The translations under genes were made by a program, and so were the position numbers. A stretch of 63,749 nucleotides of DNA, filler included. It is 7 parts of 7 records of this genome, joined end to end, with 100 filler letters (N's around TTAATTAATTAA, not from the genome) between each part and the next. Parts side by side here need not be neighbours in the genome. Positions count along the whole stretch, not along the records: positions 28,450 to 34,527 come from SRR20825010_6958; positions 34,628 to 47,941 come from SRR20825010_6961; 5 more parts are not named here. One strand, given 5' to 3'. Position 1 is the first letter of the stretch. Each line of letters starts with the position of its first letter. Shown here piece by piece: positions 28,586-40,128 of this stretch. The notes below the pieces were generated by a model that worked only from the letters and a program-made list of their open reading frames with translations, made no database searches and was not told the DNA's origin.

Positions 28586-29305
28586 TTGCTCAACACCAGC
28601 TTTTCCGAACGCGCCAATCGCAGCCAGCATTCGTTCGTGGTCAACGAGCTTGGCAAGGAGATCGTGAGCGGGATCTATCCGAGCGGAACCCTGCTGCCGG
28701 GCGATGCGGAACTGGTGGAAAAGTTCGATGTGTCGCGCACCGTGCTGCGCGAGGCGATGAAGACCCTGACCGCGAAAGGCATGATCGTGCCCAAGGCGCG
28801 GATCGGGACGCGCATTACGGAACGCTCCGACTGGAACCTTTTCGATGCGGATGTCCTGGTCTGGCATATCGAAACCGGCGTCGATGTGACCTTTCTCAGG
28901 CACCTGACCGACATGCGCTACGCGATCGAGCCGTTCGCGGCCCGGCTGGCCGCCGAACGCGCCGGCAAGGAAGAGATCGCGGTGCTCTACAAGCATGCTG
29001 ATGAGATGAGCAAGGCCAACTCCGACGAGAGTTTTGCCCAGGCCGACCTGAAATTTCACCTGGCCCTGCATGCCGCATCGGGCAATCCGTTCATGCTGTC
29101 GGTCGGCAACCTGATCGAAGCGGCGCTGGTAACGAGCTTCAAGATGAGCTCGCCCTACGGCGAATCCGACAGGCATGTGGCGACCGCGAACAAGCACCGG
29201 CTGATCGTCGAGGCGATCGAGCGCAAGGATGGCGAAGCCGCGTCGGCTGCGATGGAGCAGGTGATCAAGGACGGCTTTGAGCGAATATCGAACAAGCTTG
29301 TCTGA
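28586..29305 (+). CDS. FadR/GntR family regulator (DgoR-like)
   Basis: FDVSRTVLREAMKTL..KGMI, WNLFDADVL.W, FCD ADLKFH; TTG start after GGAGAG. Confidence 0.9.
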   Translation: MLNTSFSERANRSQHSFVVNELGKEIVSGIYPSGTLLPGDAELVEKFDVSRTVLREAMKTLTAKGMIVPKARIGTRITERSDWNLFDADVLVWHIETGVDVTFLRHLTDMRYAIEPFAARLAAERAGKEEIAVLYKHADEMSKANSDESFAQADLKFHLALHAASGNPFMLSVGNLIEAALVTSFKMSSPYGESDRHVATANKHRLIVEAIERKDGEAASAAMEQVIKDGFERISNKLV

Positions 29306-29349
29306 CGCGGGAATTTGCGGCCACACCCGTGCAGCGGGCGCGGAGACTT

Positions 29350-30255
29350 TTACCGGGCCGCGATATCGATCAGCGCGCCGCGCCGGGTGATGACCTTGGC
29401 GGCCATGTCCGCGCCGGCCGCAAGAGACGGCACCAGATCCGCGGACCTGAGATAGCTCGCAAGGAACGCCGCGTTGAAACTGTCGCCCGCGGCGGTGGTG
29501 TCGACGACGCTTGTGATCAGGGACGGGGTAAGGCGCGCGATCTTTCCATCGTCGAGCGCAAGCATCTCGCTGGCTCCGTTCTTGACCACGACAAGGCGGA
29601 CGCCGGCGCCGGCGTAACGCCGCGCGGTCTCCTCGGTCGTCGTGTCGCCAAAGGCGGTCGCGTCATCCTCGTATGAGGGCAGCAGGATGTCACTGACACC
29701 TGCCGCGGCCATCACGGCATTGCGCATGGTGTCGGCATTTTCCCAGAGGCGAGGCCGGAGATTGGGATCGAAGGCCACGGTGGCGCCTGACTCGCGGGCT
29801 TCGGCGATGGCCTCGAGCAGCGTTGTCCGGTCTGCCGGCGACAGAATCGCAAGGGTAATTCCCGAGAAGAAGATGAGGTTGGCGGCCGCCAGGGCGGACT
29901 TGAGTTGACCCACGTCCGTGGCAAGCCTGCGGGCGGCGGAATCCGAGCGCCAATAGGCGAAGCTGCGTTCGCCGTTGTCGAGCTGGATCAGATAGAGGCC
30001 GACGGTGCGATCGGGCAGGGTGCGGATCAGATCGGTCCGGATGCCGGCATCGCGGATGAAATCGGTCATGCGCTGGGAAACGGCGTCCTGTCCGACGGCG
30101 GTGAAGTAGGCAATGTCCCAGTCCGGCCCAAAAGTCCGTTTGGCGTACCAGGCGGTGTTGAGCGTGTCGCCGGCAAATCCCAGGTGGTAGTCACCGGACG
30201 CGGTCGGCGCCATTTCGACCATGCATTCGCCGATCGACAGGAATGTCTGTTTCAT
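29350..30255 (-). CDS. kdgK: 2-dehydro-3-deoxygluconokinase (PfkB family)
   Basis: IGECMVE, GDTLNTA, GERSFAYWR, FDPNLRPRLW, DTTAAGDSF; next to uxaC. Confidence 0.9.
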   Translation of the reverse strand: MKQTFLSIGECMVEMAPTASGDYHLGFAGDTLNTAWYAKRTFGPDWDIAYFTAVGQDAVSQRMTDFIRDAGIRTDLIRTLPDRTVGLYLIQLDNGERSFAYWRSDSAARRLATDVGQLKSALAAANLIFFSGITLAILSPADRTTLLEAIAEARESGATVAFDPNLRPRLWENADTMRNAVMAAAGVSDILLPSYEDDATAFGDTTTEETARRYAGAGVRLVVVKNGASEMLALDDGKIARLTPSLITSVVDTTAAGDSFNAAFLASYLRSADLVPSLAAGADMAAKVITRRGALIDIAAR

Positions 30256-30956
30256 GCCTCTGTCTCGTCAGCGAAATAGCGTTCGTGGTCGGCCCGGATG
30301 CGGACGATCTGCTGCTTGATGCGCGAGAGGTGCTCGCGCATGCGATGCATGGCCTGTTCCTCGTCGCGCGCCCTCAACGCTTGCATGATTTCAAGGTGAT
30401 CGCCGAAAGCGTCCTGCGAGGCAAACGACAGCGACAGGAACCGCACCCTGTCCATGTGCGCCTTGTTCTCGCGGATGATGTCCCAGGCAAATCCGACCCC
30501 GGCCCGTTCGCAGATTTCCTTGTGGAACTGATCGTCATAGCCGTGGAAGCTGACGGGATCCCTGGCCTCCACCGCCTGCCGTTGCTTCTCGATGATCGCG
30601 TCAAGTGCGGCCATGTCGTCGTCTGTCAGCACCTGGCATGCCGTGCGCACGGTTTCCGCTTCGAGGGCACTGCGAATGAAACGGGCCTGCAGCACGGCGG
30701 TCGAGGAGATCTGGGAAACGAGCGTCGCCCGCTGCGGCCGGATCGACAGGAAGCCGAGCTTGGACAGGCGGTAGAACGCGTCGCGGACCGGCTGGCGCGA
30801 GACGCCAAGCGCCTTGGCTACCTCGACTTCGGACATCTTGGTTCCCGGCGGCAGCTCCAGCAGCAGAATCTGGCTGTGCAATTCATCAAAAACCGTATCG
30901 GCCACCGATGGACGATTGAGAGGTTCCAGGGTCCGCAAAGGGGACGAAACGGACAT
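30252..30956 (-). CDS. GntR/FCD regulator of hexuronate genes
   Basis: LGVSRQPVRDAF HTH, DDQFH; divergent from uxaC. Confidence 0.9.
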   Translation of the reverse strand: MSVSSPLRTLEPLNRPSVADTVFDELHSQILLLELPPGTKMSEVEVAKALGVSRQPVRDAFYRLSKLGFLSIRPQRATLVSQISSTAVLQARFIRSALEAETVRTACQVLTDDDMAALDAIIEKQRQAVEARDPVSFHGYDDQFHKEICERAGVGFAWDIIRENKAHMDRVRFLSLSFASQDAFGDHLEIMQALRARDEEQAMHRMREHLSRIKQQIVRIRADHERYFADETEA

Positions 30957-30968
30957 GTGTTCACTCCG

Positions 30969-30994
30969 TTGACTCGATATGCATACTAGCATAT
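30969..30994. promoter_or_regulatory. Candidate -35 and GntR operator upstream of uxaC
   Basis: TTGACT followed by the dyad ATATGC-ATACTA-GCATAT. Confidence 0.5.
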
Positions 30995-31052
30995 TACATT
31001 ACCAGATTGATTGAAAGGCCCATCGACAAGTGGCCTGTATGGGAGGACTAGG

Positions 31053-32459
31053 GTGACATTGTTGGCCCCTGACAGATTGTTTCCGACCGATCCGCAGACG
31101 CGCGGAATCGCTCGCGAACTTTATCAGACTGTCGCCAATAAGCCGATCATAAGTCCGCATGGCCATACCGACCCGCGCTGGTATGCCGAGAACCAGCCGT
31201 TTTCCGATCCGGCGCAATTGTTCATCACGCCCGACCACTACGTCTTCCGCATGCTGTTTTCGCAGGGCATCAGCCTGGAGAGCCTCGGCGTGCCGCGGGT
31301 CGATGGCGGTCCGACCGAAACCGACGGGCGCAAGATCTGGCGGCTGTTTGCCGAGAACTATCACCTGTTTCGTGGCACGCCGTCGCGGCTGTGGCTGGAT
31401 CATGCGTTTGAAGACGTGTTCGGCATGACCACGCCGGTCTCGAAGGCAACCGCGGACCAGACCTATGATCATGTCGCCGAGTGCCTGACCAGGCCGGAAT
31501 TCCTGCCGCGGGCGCTGTTCGAACGGTTCAACATCGAGGCGATCGCCACAACCGAGAGCCCGCTTGACGATCTGCGCTGGCACCGGATGATCCGCGACAG
31601 CGGCTGGAAGGGGCGCGTGGTCACCGCCTACCGGCCGGACGCGGTAGTGGATCCTGAGTTCACGGGCTTTGCCGCCAATGTCGAACAGCTCGGCGCGTTG
31701 ACCGGCGAAGACACCTCGACCTGGGAAGGCTACCTGCGCAGCCACCGGGTCCGGCGCGCCTATTTCAAGCAGTTCGGCGCGACCTCTTCCGATCACGGAC
31801 ATCCGACGGCGCGCACCGAGAACCTGTCAGCACCGGAAGCGGCGGCGCTTTTCGCCAAGGCGCTCAAGGGCGCCTGCTCGGCGGAGGAAGCCGACGCGTT
31901 CCGCGGGCACATGCTGACCGAAATGGCGCGCATGAGCCTGGAAGACGGGCTGGTGCTGCAGATCCACCCGGGCAGCCACCGCAACCATTCCAACCCGATC
32001 ATGGCGGCGTTCGGGCGCGACAAGGGCTTCGATATCCCGACCAGAACCGACTATGTGCGGGCGCTCAAGCCGCTGCTGGATGCGGTGGGCCTCGAGAAGG
32101 AGCTGACGATCATCGTCTTCACGCTGGACGAGAGCAGCTACGCGCGGGAACTGGCGCCACTGGCGGGCGCCTATCCGGCGCTGAAGCTCGGTCCTGCCTG
32201 GTGGTTTCACGACAGCCCCGAGGGCATGCGGCGGTTCCGCGAGATGACCACCGAAACCGCCGGCTTCTACAACACCGTCGGCTTCAACGACGACACCCGC
32301 GCCTTCTGTTCCATCCCCGCCCGCCACGATGTCAGCCGGCGGGTGGATTGCGCCTTTCTCGCCACGCTGGTCGCGACCGGCCGGCTCTCCGGCGAGGATG
32401 CATTCGAGGTCGCAAATGACCTTGCTTATCGGCTTGCCAAGCAAGCTTACCGGCTCTGA
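31053..32459 (+). CDS. uxaC: Uronate isomerase
   Basis: [42 protein letters not shown]. Confidence 0.97.
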   Translation: MTLLAPDRLFPTDPQTRGIARELYQTVANKPIISPHGHTDPRWYAENQPFSDPAQLFITPDHYVFRMLFSQGISLESLGVPRVDGGPTETDGRKIWRLFAENYHLFRGTPSRLWLDHAFEDVFGMTTPVSKATADQTYDHVAECLTRPEFLPRALFERFNIEAIATTESPLDDLRWHRMIRDSGWKGRVVTAYRPDAVVDPEFTGFAANVEQLGALTGEDTSTWEGYLRSHRVRRAYFKQFGATSSDHGHPTARTENLSAPEAAALFAKALKGACSAEEADAFRGHMLTEMARMSLEDGLVLQIHPGSHRNHSNPIMAAFGRDKGFDIPTRTDYVRALKPLLDAVGLEKELTIIVFTLDESSYARELAPLAGAYPALKLGPAWWFHDSPEGMRRFREMTTETAGFYNTVGFNDDTRAFCSIPARHDVSRRVDCAFLATLVATGRLSGEDAFEVANDLAYRLAKQAYRL

Positions 32460-32479
32460 GAGCCATTTCTGGGAGGAGA

Positions 32480-33466
32480 ATGAACATGAAACTGATGAAA
32501 ACCCTGGCCGGCGTGCTGCTGGCCACCGCAGCCATGGCGATGACGGCGAGCGCATGCGAAGTGACGCTCAAGTCATCCGACACCCATCCCGACGGCTATC
32601 CGACGGTCGAAGCCGTCAAGCACATGGGCAAGCTTCTCGAAGAGCGCACCAATGGCCGCCTCTGCGTCGAGGTGTTCCATTCCGCGCAGCTCGGCCAGGA
32701 AAAGGACACGATCGAGCAGACCAAGTTCGGCGTGATCGACCTCAACCGCGTCTCGATGGGGCCGTTCAACAACCTCGTCGAGGAAACCAAGGTCGTCTCG
32801 CTGCCCTTCGTCTTCAAGGGCGTCGACCATATGCACAAGGTCATGGACGGTCCGATCGGCGAGGAAATCCTCAAGGCCTTCGAACCGCATGGCTATGTCG
32901 GCCTCGCCTTCTATGACGGCGGCTCGCGCAGCTTCTACAACAAGGTCAAGCCGATCAAGTCGGTCGAAGACATGAAGGGCATGAAGGTCCGCGTCATGCA
33001 GTCAGACATCTTCGTCGACATGATGACCGCGCTCGGCGCCAATGCGACGCCGATGCCCTACGGCGAGGTCTACTCCGCCATCCAGACCGGCGTCATCGAC
33101 GGCGCCGAGAACAACTGGCCGTCTTTTGAATCTTCGGGCCACTATGAAGTCGCCGGCTACTACACGCTCAACGAGCACCTGATCGTGCCGGAAGTCCTGG
33201 TCATGTCCAAGGCATCCTGGGACAAGCTGTCGGCCGAGGACCAGGCCGCAGTGCGCCAGGCCGCCAAGGATTCCGTTCCGGTGATGCGCGAACTCTGGAC
33301 CGCGCGTGAAAAGGCCTCCGAGGAGAAGGTCCGCGCCGCCGGCGTCCAGGTCATCTCCGATGTCGACAAGGCGCCGTTCATGGCGGCGATGGACAGCGTC
33401 TATGAAAAGCACGTGACCTCCGACAAGCTCAAGGATCTGGTCGCCCGCATCAAGGCGACCGACTGA
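32480..33466 (+). CDS. dctP: TRAP solute-binding protein (uronate-type)
   Basis: Signal peptide, [27 protein letters not shown]. Confidence 0.93.
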   Translation: MNMKLMKTLAGVLLATAAMAMTASACEVTLKSSDTHPDGYPTVEAVKHMGKLLEERTNGRLCVEVFHSAQLGQEKDTIEQTKFGVIDLNRVSMGPFNNLVEETKVVSLPFVFKGVDHMHKVMDGPIGEEILKAFEPHGYVGLAFYDGGSRSFYNKVKPIKSVEDMKGMKVRVMQSDIFVDMMTALGANATPMPYGEVYSAIQTGVIDGAENNWPSFESSGHYEVAGYYTLNEHLIVPEVLVMSKASWDKLSAEDQAAVRQAAKDSVPVMRELWTAREKASEEKVRAAGVQVISDVDKAPFMAAMDSVYEKHVTSDKLKDLVARIKATD

Positions 33467-33478
33467 TCTTTTCCTGAA

Positions 33479-33511
33479 GACCATGGCGGATCTTCCGCCA
33501 TGGTCCCTTTT
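33479..33511 (+). terminator. Intra-operonic hairpin after dctP
   Basis: GACCATGGCGGA-TCT-TCCGCCATGGTC followed by CCTTTT. Confidence 0.65.
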
Positions 33512-33536
33512 CTCGGGGGTTGAAGTGCAGGAAACC

Positions 33537-34049
33537 ATGAAATCCGTCGCTGTGGCCTTGCGCCATGTGGCGCGCCTGGCGCTCTGGCTGGCGGCCGCGG
33601 GTCTTATTCTGATGACGGTCTTCATCACCGCCCAGGTGATCGCCCGCTATGTGCTCAATGACTCGCTGGTCTGGAGCGAACCGGCCGCCGTCATCCTGAT
33701 GGGGTGGTTCATCTTTCTCGGCGCCGCCGTCGGCATCAGGGAAGGCTATCACCTGAGTTTCGACGTGCTGCTCTACTTCCTGCCTCAGTCCGCCAAGCTC
33801 TGGCTCTACAGCTTGTCCGATCTGGTGGTGACCGGATTCGGTGTCGGAATGGTCTGGTTCGGCTCGCAACTGGCGCTGTCGGCCTGGGATGTGAAACTGC
33901 CTTCACTCGGCATTTCAGGCGCCTTCGATTTTCTGCCCATCGTCGGCGGCGGCATTCTCATCGTCCTTTTCTCGATTGAACGGCTGGCCCGCCGGGCAGC
34001 CGGCATGCCCACCGCCCGTTTTGGCGAAACCGATCCCTTGGAAGATTGA
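33537..34049 (+). CDS. dctQ: TRAP small permease
   Basis: QVIARYVLN...WSEP...GAAVGIREGYHL. Confidence 0.92.
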   Translation: MKSVAVALRHVARLALWLAAAGLILMTVFITAQVIARYVLNDSLVWSEPAAVILMGWFIFLGAAVGIREGYHLSFDVLLYFLPQSAKLWLYSLSDLVVTGFGVGMVWFGSQLALSAWDVKLPSLGISGAFDFLPIVGGGILIVLFSIERLARRAAGMPTARFGETDPLED

Positions 34050-34051
34050 AT

Positions 34052-34527
34052 ATGGAAGTCTGGGTTCTCTTCGGAACATTCGTGTTTCTTCTGCTGATCG
34101 GTACTCCGGTGGCGTTCTGCCTCGGCGTTGCCTCGTTTGCGACCGTGCTCTATCTCGGCCTGCCGCCTGTGGTGGTGTTCCAGCAATTGAATTCCGGGGT
34201 CTCGGTGTTCGCGCTGATGGCGATTCCGTTCTTCATCTTTGCCGGCGAGCTGATGGTGCGCGGCGACATTGCGCGCAGGCTGGTGGCCCTTGCCGGCGCC
34301 ATGGTCGGCCACATGCGGGGCGGCCTGGGGCAGGTCAATATCGCAGCCTCGGTGCTGTTTGGCGGCATCTCCGGCTCGGCGGCCGCCGACGCGACCGCCA
34401 TCGGCGGGCTGATGATCCCGCAGATGAAGGAAAAGGGCTACAGCGTCGAATACGGCGTCAATGTCACCGTGGTCTCCTCGATCATCGCGCTGATGCTGCC
34501 GCCGTCGCACAACATGATCATCTATTC
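34052..34527 (+). CDS. dctM: TRAP large permease, 3'-truncated
   Basis: AIPFFIFAGELM, GGLGQVN, FGGISGSAAAD, PPS. Confidence 0.93.
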
Positions 34528-34627
34528 NNNNNNNNNNNNNNNNNNNNNNNNNNNNNNNNNNNNNNNNNNNNTTAATTAATTAANNNNNNNNNNNNNNNNN
34601 NNNNNNNNNNNNNNNNNNNNNNNNNNN
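34528..34627. other. Artificial contig spacer
   Basis: N44-TTAATTAATTAA-N44. Confidence 0.99.
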
Positions 34628-36474
34628 GTGCTGGTGTCGTCCGTGTCGCTCACCACCGTGGCTATAGGCGCACCATCAATCGTCAGATTCTCAAATACGC
34701 CTGATCCACCCAAACTATCTTCAACAGCATTGAGAATTTGATTAGTGATGGTCTCGCCATCAACGTAAACATCATCACCCTGAACGGGGAGACTAAAACT
34801 TCCGCTGGAATTGCCCGCAGTGATCGTCACGCTACCCAAAGTAGTGGTAACGGTAATATCGTTATTAGCGATAACAATGTTTCCATCACTGTCTTTAAGA
34901 GTAACCGTGTACTCGAGATCAGGAGCACCCTCGAAAACATTCGTTTCGTCAACAGAAAGCTCAGCGACAACAACAACGTTATCTACAGGATTCGATGCCG
35001 AATCGCTGCTGGTATTTCCTGCCGAATCCGTAACATCAACGTTGATCTCCACTTCGGTTTGACCGTCTGCCACCGGCACGCCCACAACCAAGCCATTGTC
35101 GATATCATCTTGGGTTAGTTCATAATCGGTAATAGGGACACCATTAGCGTCATTGATGGGATTCCCGTCTTTATCAGTGACGGTGAGCTTATCCCCGGGA
35201 AAAGTGGTGCCAGGATCAAAGGTAATGGCGCCTTCAACCTCACCATCACTGGTGTCTGCCGCATTGTATTTGCCATTGCTACCGGAGCCAGGTTCGAGCT
35301 CAACATCAACGCCCGGAGTCAAATTATCTACTGGATTTGCATCCGATCCTGACCCTGTGTTTCCCACAGGGTCAGTGACTTCTGCATTCAACTCAACGTT
35401 TGTTTGACCTGCATTAACAGGCACATTGAGGGTAATGCCGTTAGCAATATCATCATCGGTAATCGGTCGTTCGATGAGCACATTGCCATCTTTGTCAGTA
35501 ATTTTAACGATGTCGCCGGGCTCGGTTGTCCCAGGGTCAAAGGTTACGGTACCAGAGACATTGCCATCGTTTGTGTCAATATCATTGTAATCACCGTTGG
35601 GGCCGGAGCCGGGCTCAAGCTCAACCTCTACCGTCGGTGCAATAGCGTCAGCCAAGTAAGGTCGCTCTGTGCTACCTGAAACAGGCGTACCGTTTGGCTG
35701 CACACTGTCCACGGTTGCAAAAATGCTATTATCTTGTGCCAATTCACTACCTGGCACATCCACTTGCCAAGTCCGGCCATCAGCATTCACCGTTGTTTCA
35801 TAAGCGTTTCCGTTCACCATGACGGTGACCGCATTTCCAGGACTCACCCCATCGCCCACGGCACCCGAAATAGTGATGTCTTGAGCCGCTTCTGTGGCAT
35901 CCACAATATCGTTGCCAGCAATGACATCAATTGAAATGCTGACATCAACTAATTTCGAACCAGAATCGGGCGCACCGTTATTCCCTTCATCACGTTCAAG
36001 AGAAGGGTCGCTATAACGAGGATCATCATTTACAAAATCAAGTTGCGGCAGACTCAAGCCGAAAGGGCGCAGCACTTCTTTAATACGAGCAACGGTAACC
36101 GGCGTATAACCATTGGCTTCAATAATTTCACCGATACGCACCAGCTGAATAAAACCATGCCCTTCTGAAGAGCCCTCAGATCCTTGAAAAGGAGGAGTAT
36201 TATTCGCCACCGGATCTTCTTCACGGTCAAGGCTAGCTGGTTCATTTTCATCCACAGCCAGCTTTTCACGCTGTTGCGCAGTAACTTGTTGATTCCCCAG
36301 AAACGTCAACTGCTGATTATCACCAAAATCGAGGTCAATACGCGCACCTTCAGCCAAGACCAAGGTTTCGTCAGGGCCTAGCTGATCTCCTGCCTTAAGG
36401 GCACGACGCTCACCGTTGGCATTAACGGCCCAAGCTTGACCGACCAGATATACAACAATTGCCAGGGCGTTCAT
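34628..36474 (-). CDS. Retention-module-containing T1SS adhesin (LapA-like), N-terminal part
   Basis: VGQAWAVNANGERRALKAGD ... EGHGFIQLVRIGE retention module followed by acidic Ig-like repeats; directly downstream of the T1SS genes. Confidence 0.88.
34978..35640 (-). repeat. Two tandem diverged ~110-aa Ig-like repeats in the adhesin
   Basis: VELEPGSG.NG.YN..DT.DG.V.G..TFDPGTT.PGD....TDKDGN ... VTD..GNT....NPVDN occurs twice. Confidence 0.85.
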
Positions 36475-36532
36475 AAAAACCTCACAAAATGGTTATCAAT
36501 GCATGAAAAGACATACATTTGATTAATCAGTA

Positions 36533-37987
36533 TCAGCGTTCACTCAAAGCGTTTGCTTTTGCACGCAACAGTGGTTTAAGCAAGTACGCTAGAATGCTTT
36601 TCTTTCCAGTCATGATATCGAGCTGAGCCGTCATTCCGGGTATAACAGATAAGTTCTGCGCTGATTCTTTTTCAGTCGTCACTGCGCGCACCAAATAAAA
36701 AGTGTTATCCCTATCGTCGGTAATCGTATCCGCACTAATGTGCTGGATGGTTGCAGAAAGGCCGCCATAAATAGAGAAATCATAGGCATGGAGCTTGATA
36801 GTGGCAGGCAACCCAGGGCGTAAAAATGCTATATCTTTAGGTGCAATTTTGGCTTCAACCAAGAGCCGGTCATCACTAGGAACAATTTCAACAATGGCAT
36901 TACCTGGCTGAACCACCCCGCCGATAGTATTCAACAAAACACGCTGCACAGTTCCATTTACAGGAGAGCGAATTTCAGAAAGCCTTACTTTATCCGCCAA
37001 ACCCGCCACACTTTTCTCCAGGCTATTCAGTTGAGAACTTGCCTCACTGAGTTCAGCACGCCATTGGTTTCGCATAGCAGAGGCAACTTCTGATTGCCTG
37101 GATTCAGCCTCCTGAATACTCGATTTGACTTGGCGGACACGAGCAGCAGCTTGTAACCTCTCGCCGTCAGCTGCAGCCTGATCGCGTCTCAAACGAAGAA
37201 TCTCTATTTCCGAAACCGCACCTGACGACAACAATGGTTCCGTCGCCTGCAGCTCCTGAGTTGACATGCGGTAAGACTTCACAGCTGCTGAAAGCCTGGC
37301 TTGAACCTCACCGAGTTCCTGCTCCCTCTGTTTCAGCTGCTCCCGAGCAACGGCGACACGTTCACTTAACTCTTTCAGGCTTGCCTGATAATAGGCTTTC
37401 TCTTGTAATATAATTTCGGCCTGCTCCGGCGTCTCAGCAGCACCAATATTCAAATGTAAAGGCTCATTATTGATCTGCGCACGCAGTCGCTTTACTTTTG
37501 CAGAAAGCGACAACGCGCGAACGTTTCCTTCCTGAAAATTCGCCTCAAAACGGGTTGGATCAATACGGACTAACAAGTCTCCCTGTTTGACCTCTTCACC
37601 TTCGTCTACGAAGACAGCCTCAATAACACCACCATCAGCGGACTGTATGACCTGAAGATGTCTAGAAGGAATCACTTTCCCTTCACCGCGAGTCACTTCA
37701 TCAATAGGAGAAAGGCCGGCCCAGATAATCAAAACAATAAAAGTTAACGCAATACCATATATTAAACTGCGCGCGCGAATGGTCTTTTGCTCTTCTATCG
37801 ACTGATCGGCATCAGCGGACCATTGACGAGACAAATTACTAAATGCGGAAAAAAAAGGCCTAAACAGTCGATCAATCAGTCTCTTGCCTCGAACACCGAC
37901 GGAGTCAGCCATACTCAAACGTTCAAATGCTTGCTGTTCAAGCTGCTTTTTGGCTGCTTTATCTGCGGGCTTAGACTGGTTATTCAT
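36533..37987 (-). CDS. HlyD-family T1SS membrane fusion protein (LapC-like)
   Basis: DEVTRGEGKVIPS, IRSPVNGTV, YDFSIYGGL, PGMTA.LDI.TG. Confidence 0.95.
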   Translation of the reverse strand: MNNQSKPADKAAKKQLEQQAFERLSMADSVGVRGKRLIDRLFRPFFSAFSNLSRQWSADADQSIEEQKTIRARSLIYGIALTFIVLIIWAGLSPIDEVTRGEGKVIPSRHLQVIQSADGGVIEAVFVDEGEEVKQGDLLVRIDPTRFEANFQEGNVRALSLSAKVKRLRAQINNEPLHLNIGAAETPEQAEIILQEKAYYQASLKELSERVAVAREQLKQREQELGEVQARLSAAVKSYRMSTQELQATEPLLSSGAVSEIEILRLRRDQAAADGERLQAAARVRQVKSSIQEAESRQSEVASAMRNQWRAELSEASSQLNSLEKSVAGLADKVRLSEIRSPVNGTVQRVLLNTIGGVVQPGNAIVEIVPSDDRLLVEAKIAPKDIAFLRPGLPATIKLHAYDFSIYGGLSATIQHISADTITDDRDNTFYLVRAVTTEKESAQNLSVIPGMTAQLDIMTGKKSILAYLLKPLLRAKANALSER

Positions 37988-40113
37988 TTTGCCCCCCGCT
38001 GAATGCGCCCTTGCTGTAACGCCTGCAGCACCTGCTGCTTCGGGCCATCCGCTACAACCAGCCCCCCATCCATCACAATCAAGCGGTCGACAAGATCAAG
38101 CAACCCCGTTCGATGTGTGATCAGCAGCATGCTTTTACCCTGGGCAAACTGAGCAAGCCCTTTACTGACATGCTGCTCCAGCATGCTATCCATTGCACTG
38201 GTGGGCTCATCAAGAAGCAAGATGCTGCTATCTGACATTACTGCGCGGGCAACGGCTATAGTTTGACGTTGACCGCCTGACAAACGATTCCCTCCCTCAC
38301 CAACCTGCATGGACAAACCATCTGCATGATCCCCCACCATCGTTTTTAGGCCGGAAATATTAATCGCCTGCATCAAGCGCTCGTTGCTTGGGTGATCTAT
38401 ACCAAGAGTAATATTGTCATAAACCGTACCGCTGAGAAGTTGGACATCCTGTGGAATATAGCCAATATTGCGGCGTAACTCTGCGGGGTCGATTTGGTTA
38501 ATATTCACCCCGTCCACCAAAAGATTGCCTGAAGTTGGCCAATACAAACCAAGAACCAATTTTTCCAGAGTACTTTTCCCCGAACCTACAGGCCCAAGAA
38601 TCCCTACTCTTTCACCGGCTCGGATGTGCAAAGACACCCCGTTCAGAGCGTTTTTATCCTCATCCGGGTATTTAAAAGAGACATCACGAAGCTCAATTTC
38701 ACCTCGCAACTTACCCCGGCTTATAAACTGTTTTCCCGGAGCCCGGTCTTGCTCCGCATCCATCATTTGTTCCACTGACTCAAGAGCGGTCGCGGCTTGA
38801 TAGTACTGGCTAAGCAAAGAGGCCGTTTGGGAAACAGGCGCCATCGCTCTAGATGACAACATGTAGGCAGCTATTAACCCGCCTTGGCTCATATCACCAT
38901 TAATTACCAGATACACTCCCGTAATAATCACCGCCACGGCCACGACTTGCTGGACCCAGGAAGCACCAGCCCCAACAGACATGCCCAACATTCGTTGCTT
39001 ACCTGAACAGCCTGATATAAAGCGAGTAGATTGCTCCCAAGCGCTTTGCATACGGCTGGAGCCGTTAAAGCTCTTCAACGTCGGAGCCGCCACCAAACTT
39101 TCTACCAAGCCAGAGTTTCGCTGTGCGCTAGCCTGGCTCATAGTGTCTGAAAGTTGACGCATGGTGGACTGAACCGACACCGCATACAGAATAATCAGCG
39201 CCGCCCCCAACAACACAGGAATAACCATTAGCGGTGATATCAGCGCAATAATCACCACAAACAACAAGAAAAACGGCAAGTCTATTAATGCCGTGACCGT
39301 CATGGACCCAATAAATGAGCGCACTGACTCAAAAGACTGGACATTAGCCGAAAATGAACCAACAGACTGAGGAGCATGTTCCAGACGAGCGCCGAGGATG
39401 CGCTCCATAATACGAGCAGACATTGTAATATTGGCCCGGTTTGCCGCCAGCTCCACAAACCAACTACGCAATAAACGTAGCGCCAAATCAGCACAAATAA
39501 TCACTACAGCACCTATCGCCAATACCCACAACGTTTCGGTGGCATGATTAGGGACAACGCGATCGTATACATTCATGACGAATAGCGGCATTGCCAAGGC
39601 AAACAGGTTAATAAAGAAAGCCGCAACCAGAATATCTCTATACACAGGTCGATTCGCTTTAATTACACTCCAGAACCAATGCCCCTGATCCGCGGTAGAA
39701 TGAGTACCGGTTTTACGTTTATTCAAACGAAAATCCGGGCGGCAATATAGCGCAACACCGCTATAGCTTTCCTGAAAACTGGCTAAATCCAGTTCCTCAG
39801 CCTGCATATCAAGTTCAGGCAAAAGAACCTGAACCTTCTGTCTCTGGAAATCCATGTCCTGGAGCAAGCACGCTCTATTGCCTTCCAGCAACACAACACA
39901 AGGAAATAACAATCGATTAAGGCGCGCCAGAGGTTGACGCACCAATTTCACTTTCAGATCAACCCGCTCAGCCGCTCGTGAGAAGACCGACGGCGTTAGA
40001 CAGCCATCGACCAACGGCAAACCCGAAACCAGTGCATCACGACTGGTTGCCGCCCCGTTTTCAGCAGCCAACCAAAGAAGGCAGGCGCTTAAGGGGTCAT
40101 TGGTCAAATCCAT
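37984..40113 (-). CDS. T1SS ABC permease/ATPase with C39-like domain (LapB-like)
   Basis: MNVYDRVVPN, GPVGSGKST, LSGGQRQ, LLLDEPT. Confidence 0.95.
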   Translation of the reverse strand: MDLTNDPLSACLLWLAAENGAATSRDALVSGLPLVDGCLTPSVFSRAAERVDLKVKLVRQPLARLNRLLFPCVVLLEGNRACLLQDMDFQRQKVQVLLPELDMQAEELDLASFQESYSGVALYCRPDFRLNKRKTGTHSTADQGHWFWSVIKANRPVYRDILVAAFFINLFALAMPLFVMNVYDRVVPNHATETLWVLAIGAVVIICADLALRLLRSWFVELAANRANITMSARIMERILGARLEHAPQSVGSFSANVQSFESVRSFIGSMTVTALIDLPFFLLFVVIIALISPLMVIPVLLGAALIILYAVSVQSTMRQLSDTMSQASAQRNSGLVESLVAAPTLKSFNGSSRMQSAWEQSTRFISGCSGKQRMLGMSVGAGASWVQQVVAVAVIITGVYLVINGDMSQGGLIAAYMLSSRAMAPVSQTASLLSQYYQAATALESVEQMMDAEQDRAPGKQFISRGKLRGEIELRDVSFKYPDEDKNALNGVSLHIRAGERVGILGPVGSGKSTLEKLVLGLYWPTSGNLLVDGVNINQIDPAELRRNIGYIPQDVQLLSGTVYDNITLGIDHPSNERLMQAINISGLKTMVGDHADGLSMQVGEGGNRLSGGQRQTIAVARAVMSDSSILLLDEPTSAMDSMLEQHVSKGLAQFAQGKSMLLITHRTGLLDLVDRLIVMDGGLVVADGPKQQVLQALQQGRIQRGAK

Positions 40114-40128
40114 AACACCCTTTCACTG

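Noticed and set aside
28450-34527. Hexuronate locus as a novel system
   Set aside because: uxaC-TRAP-kdgK-GntR is a well-known alphaproteobacterial arrangement
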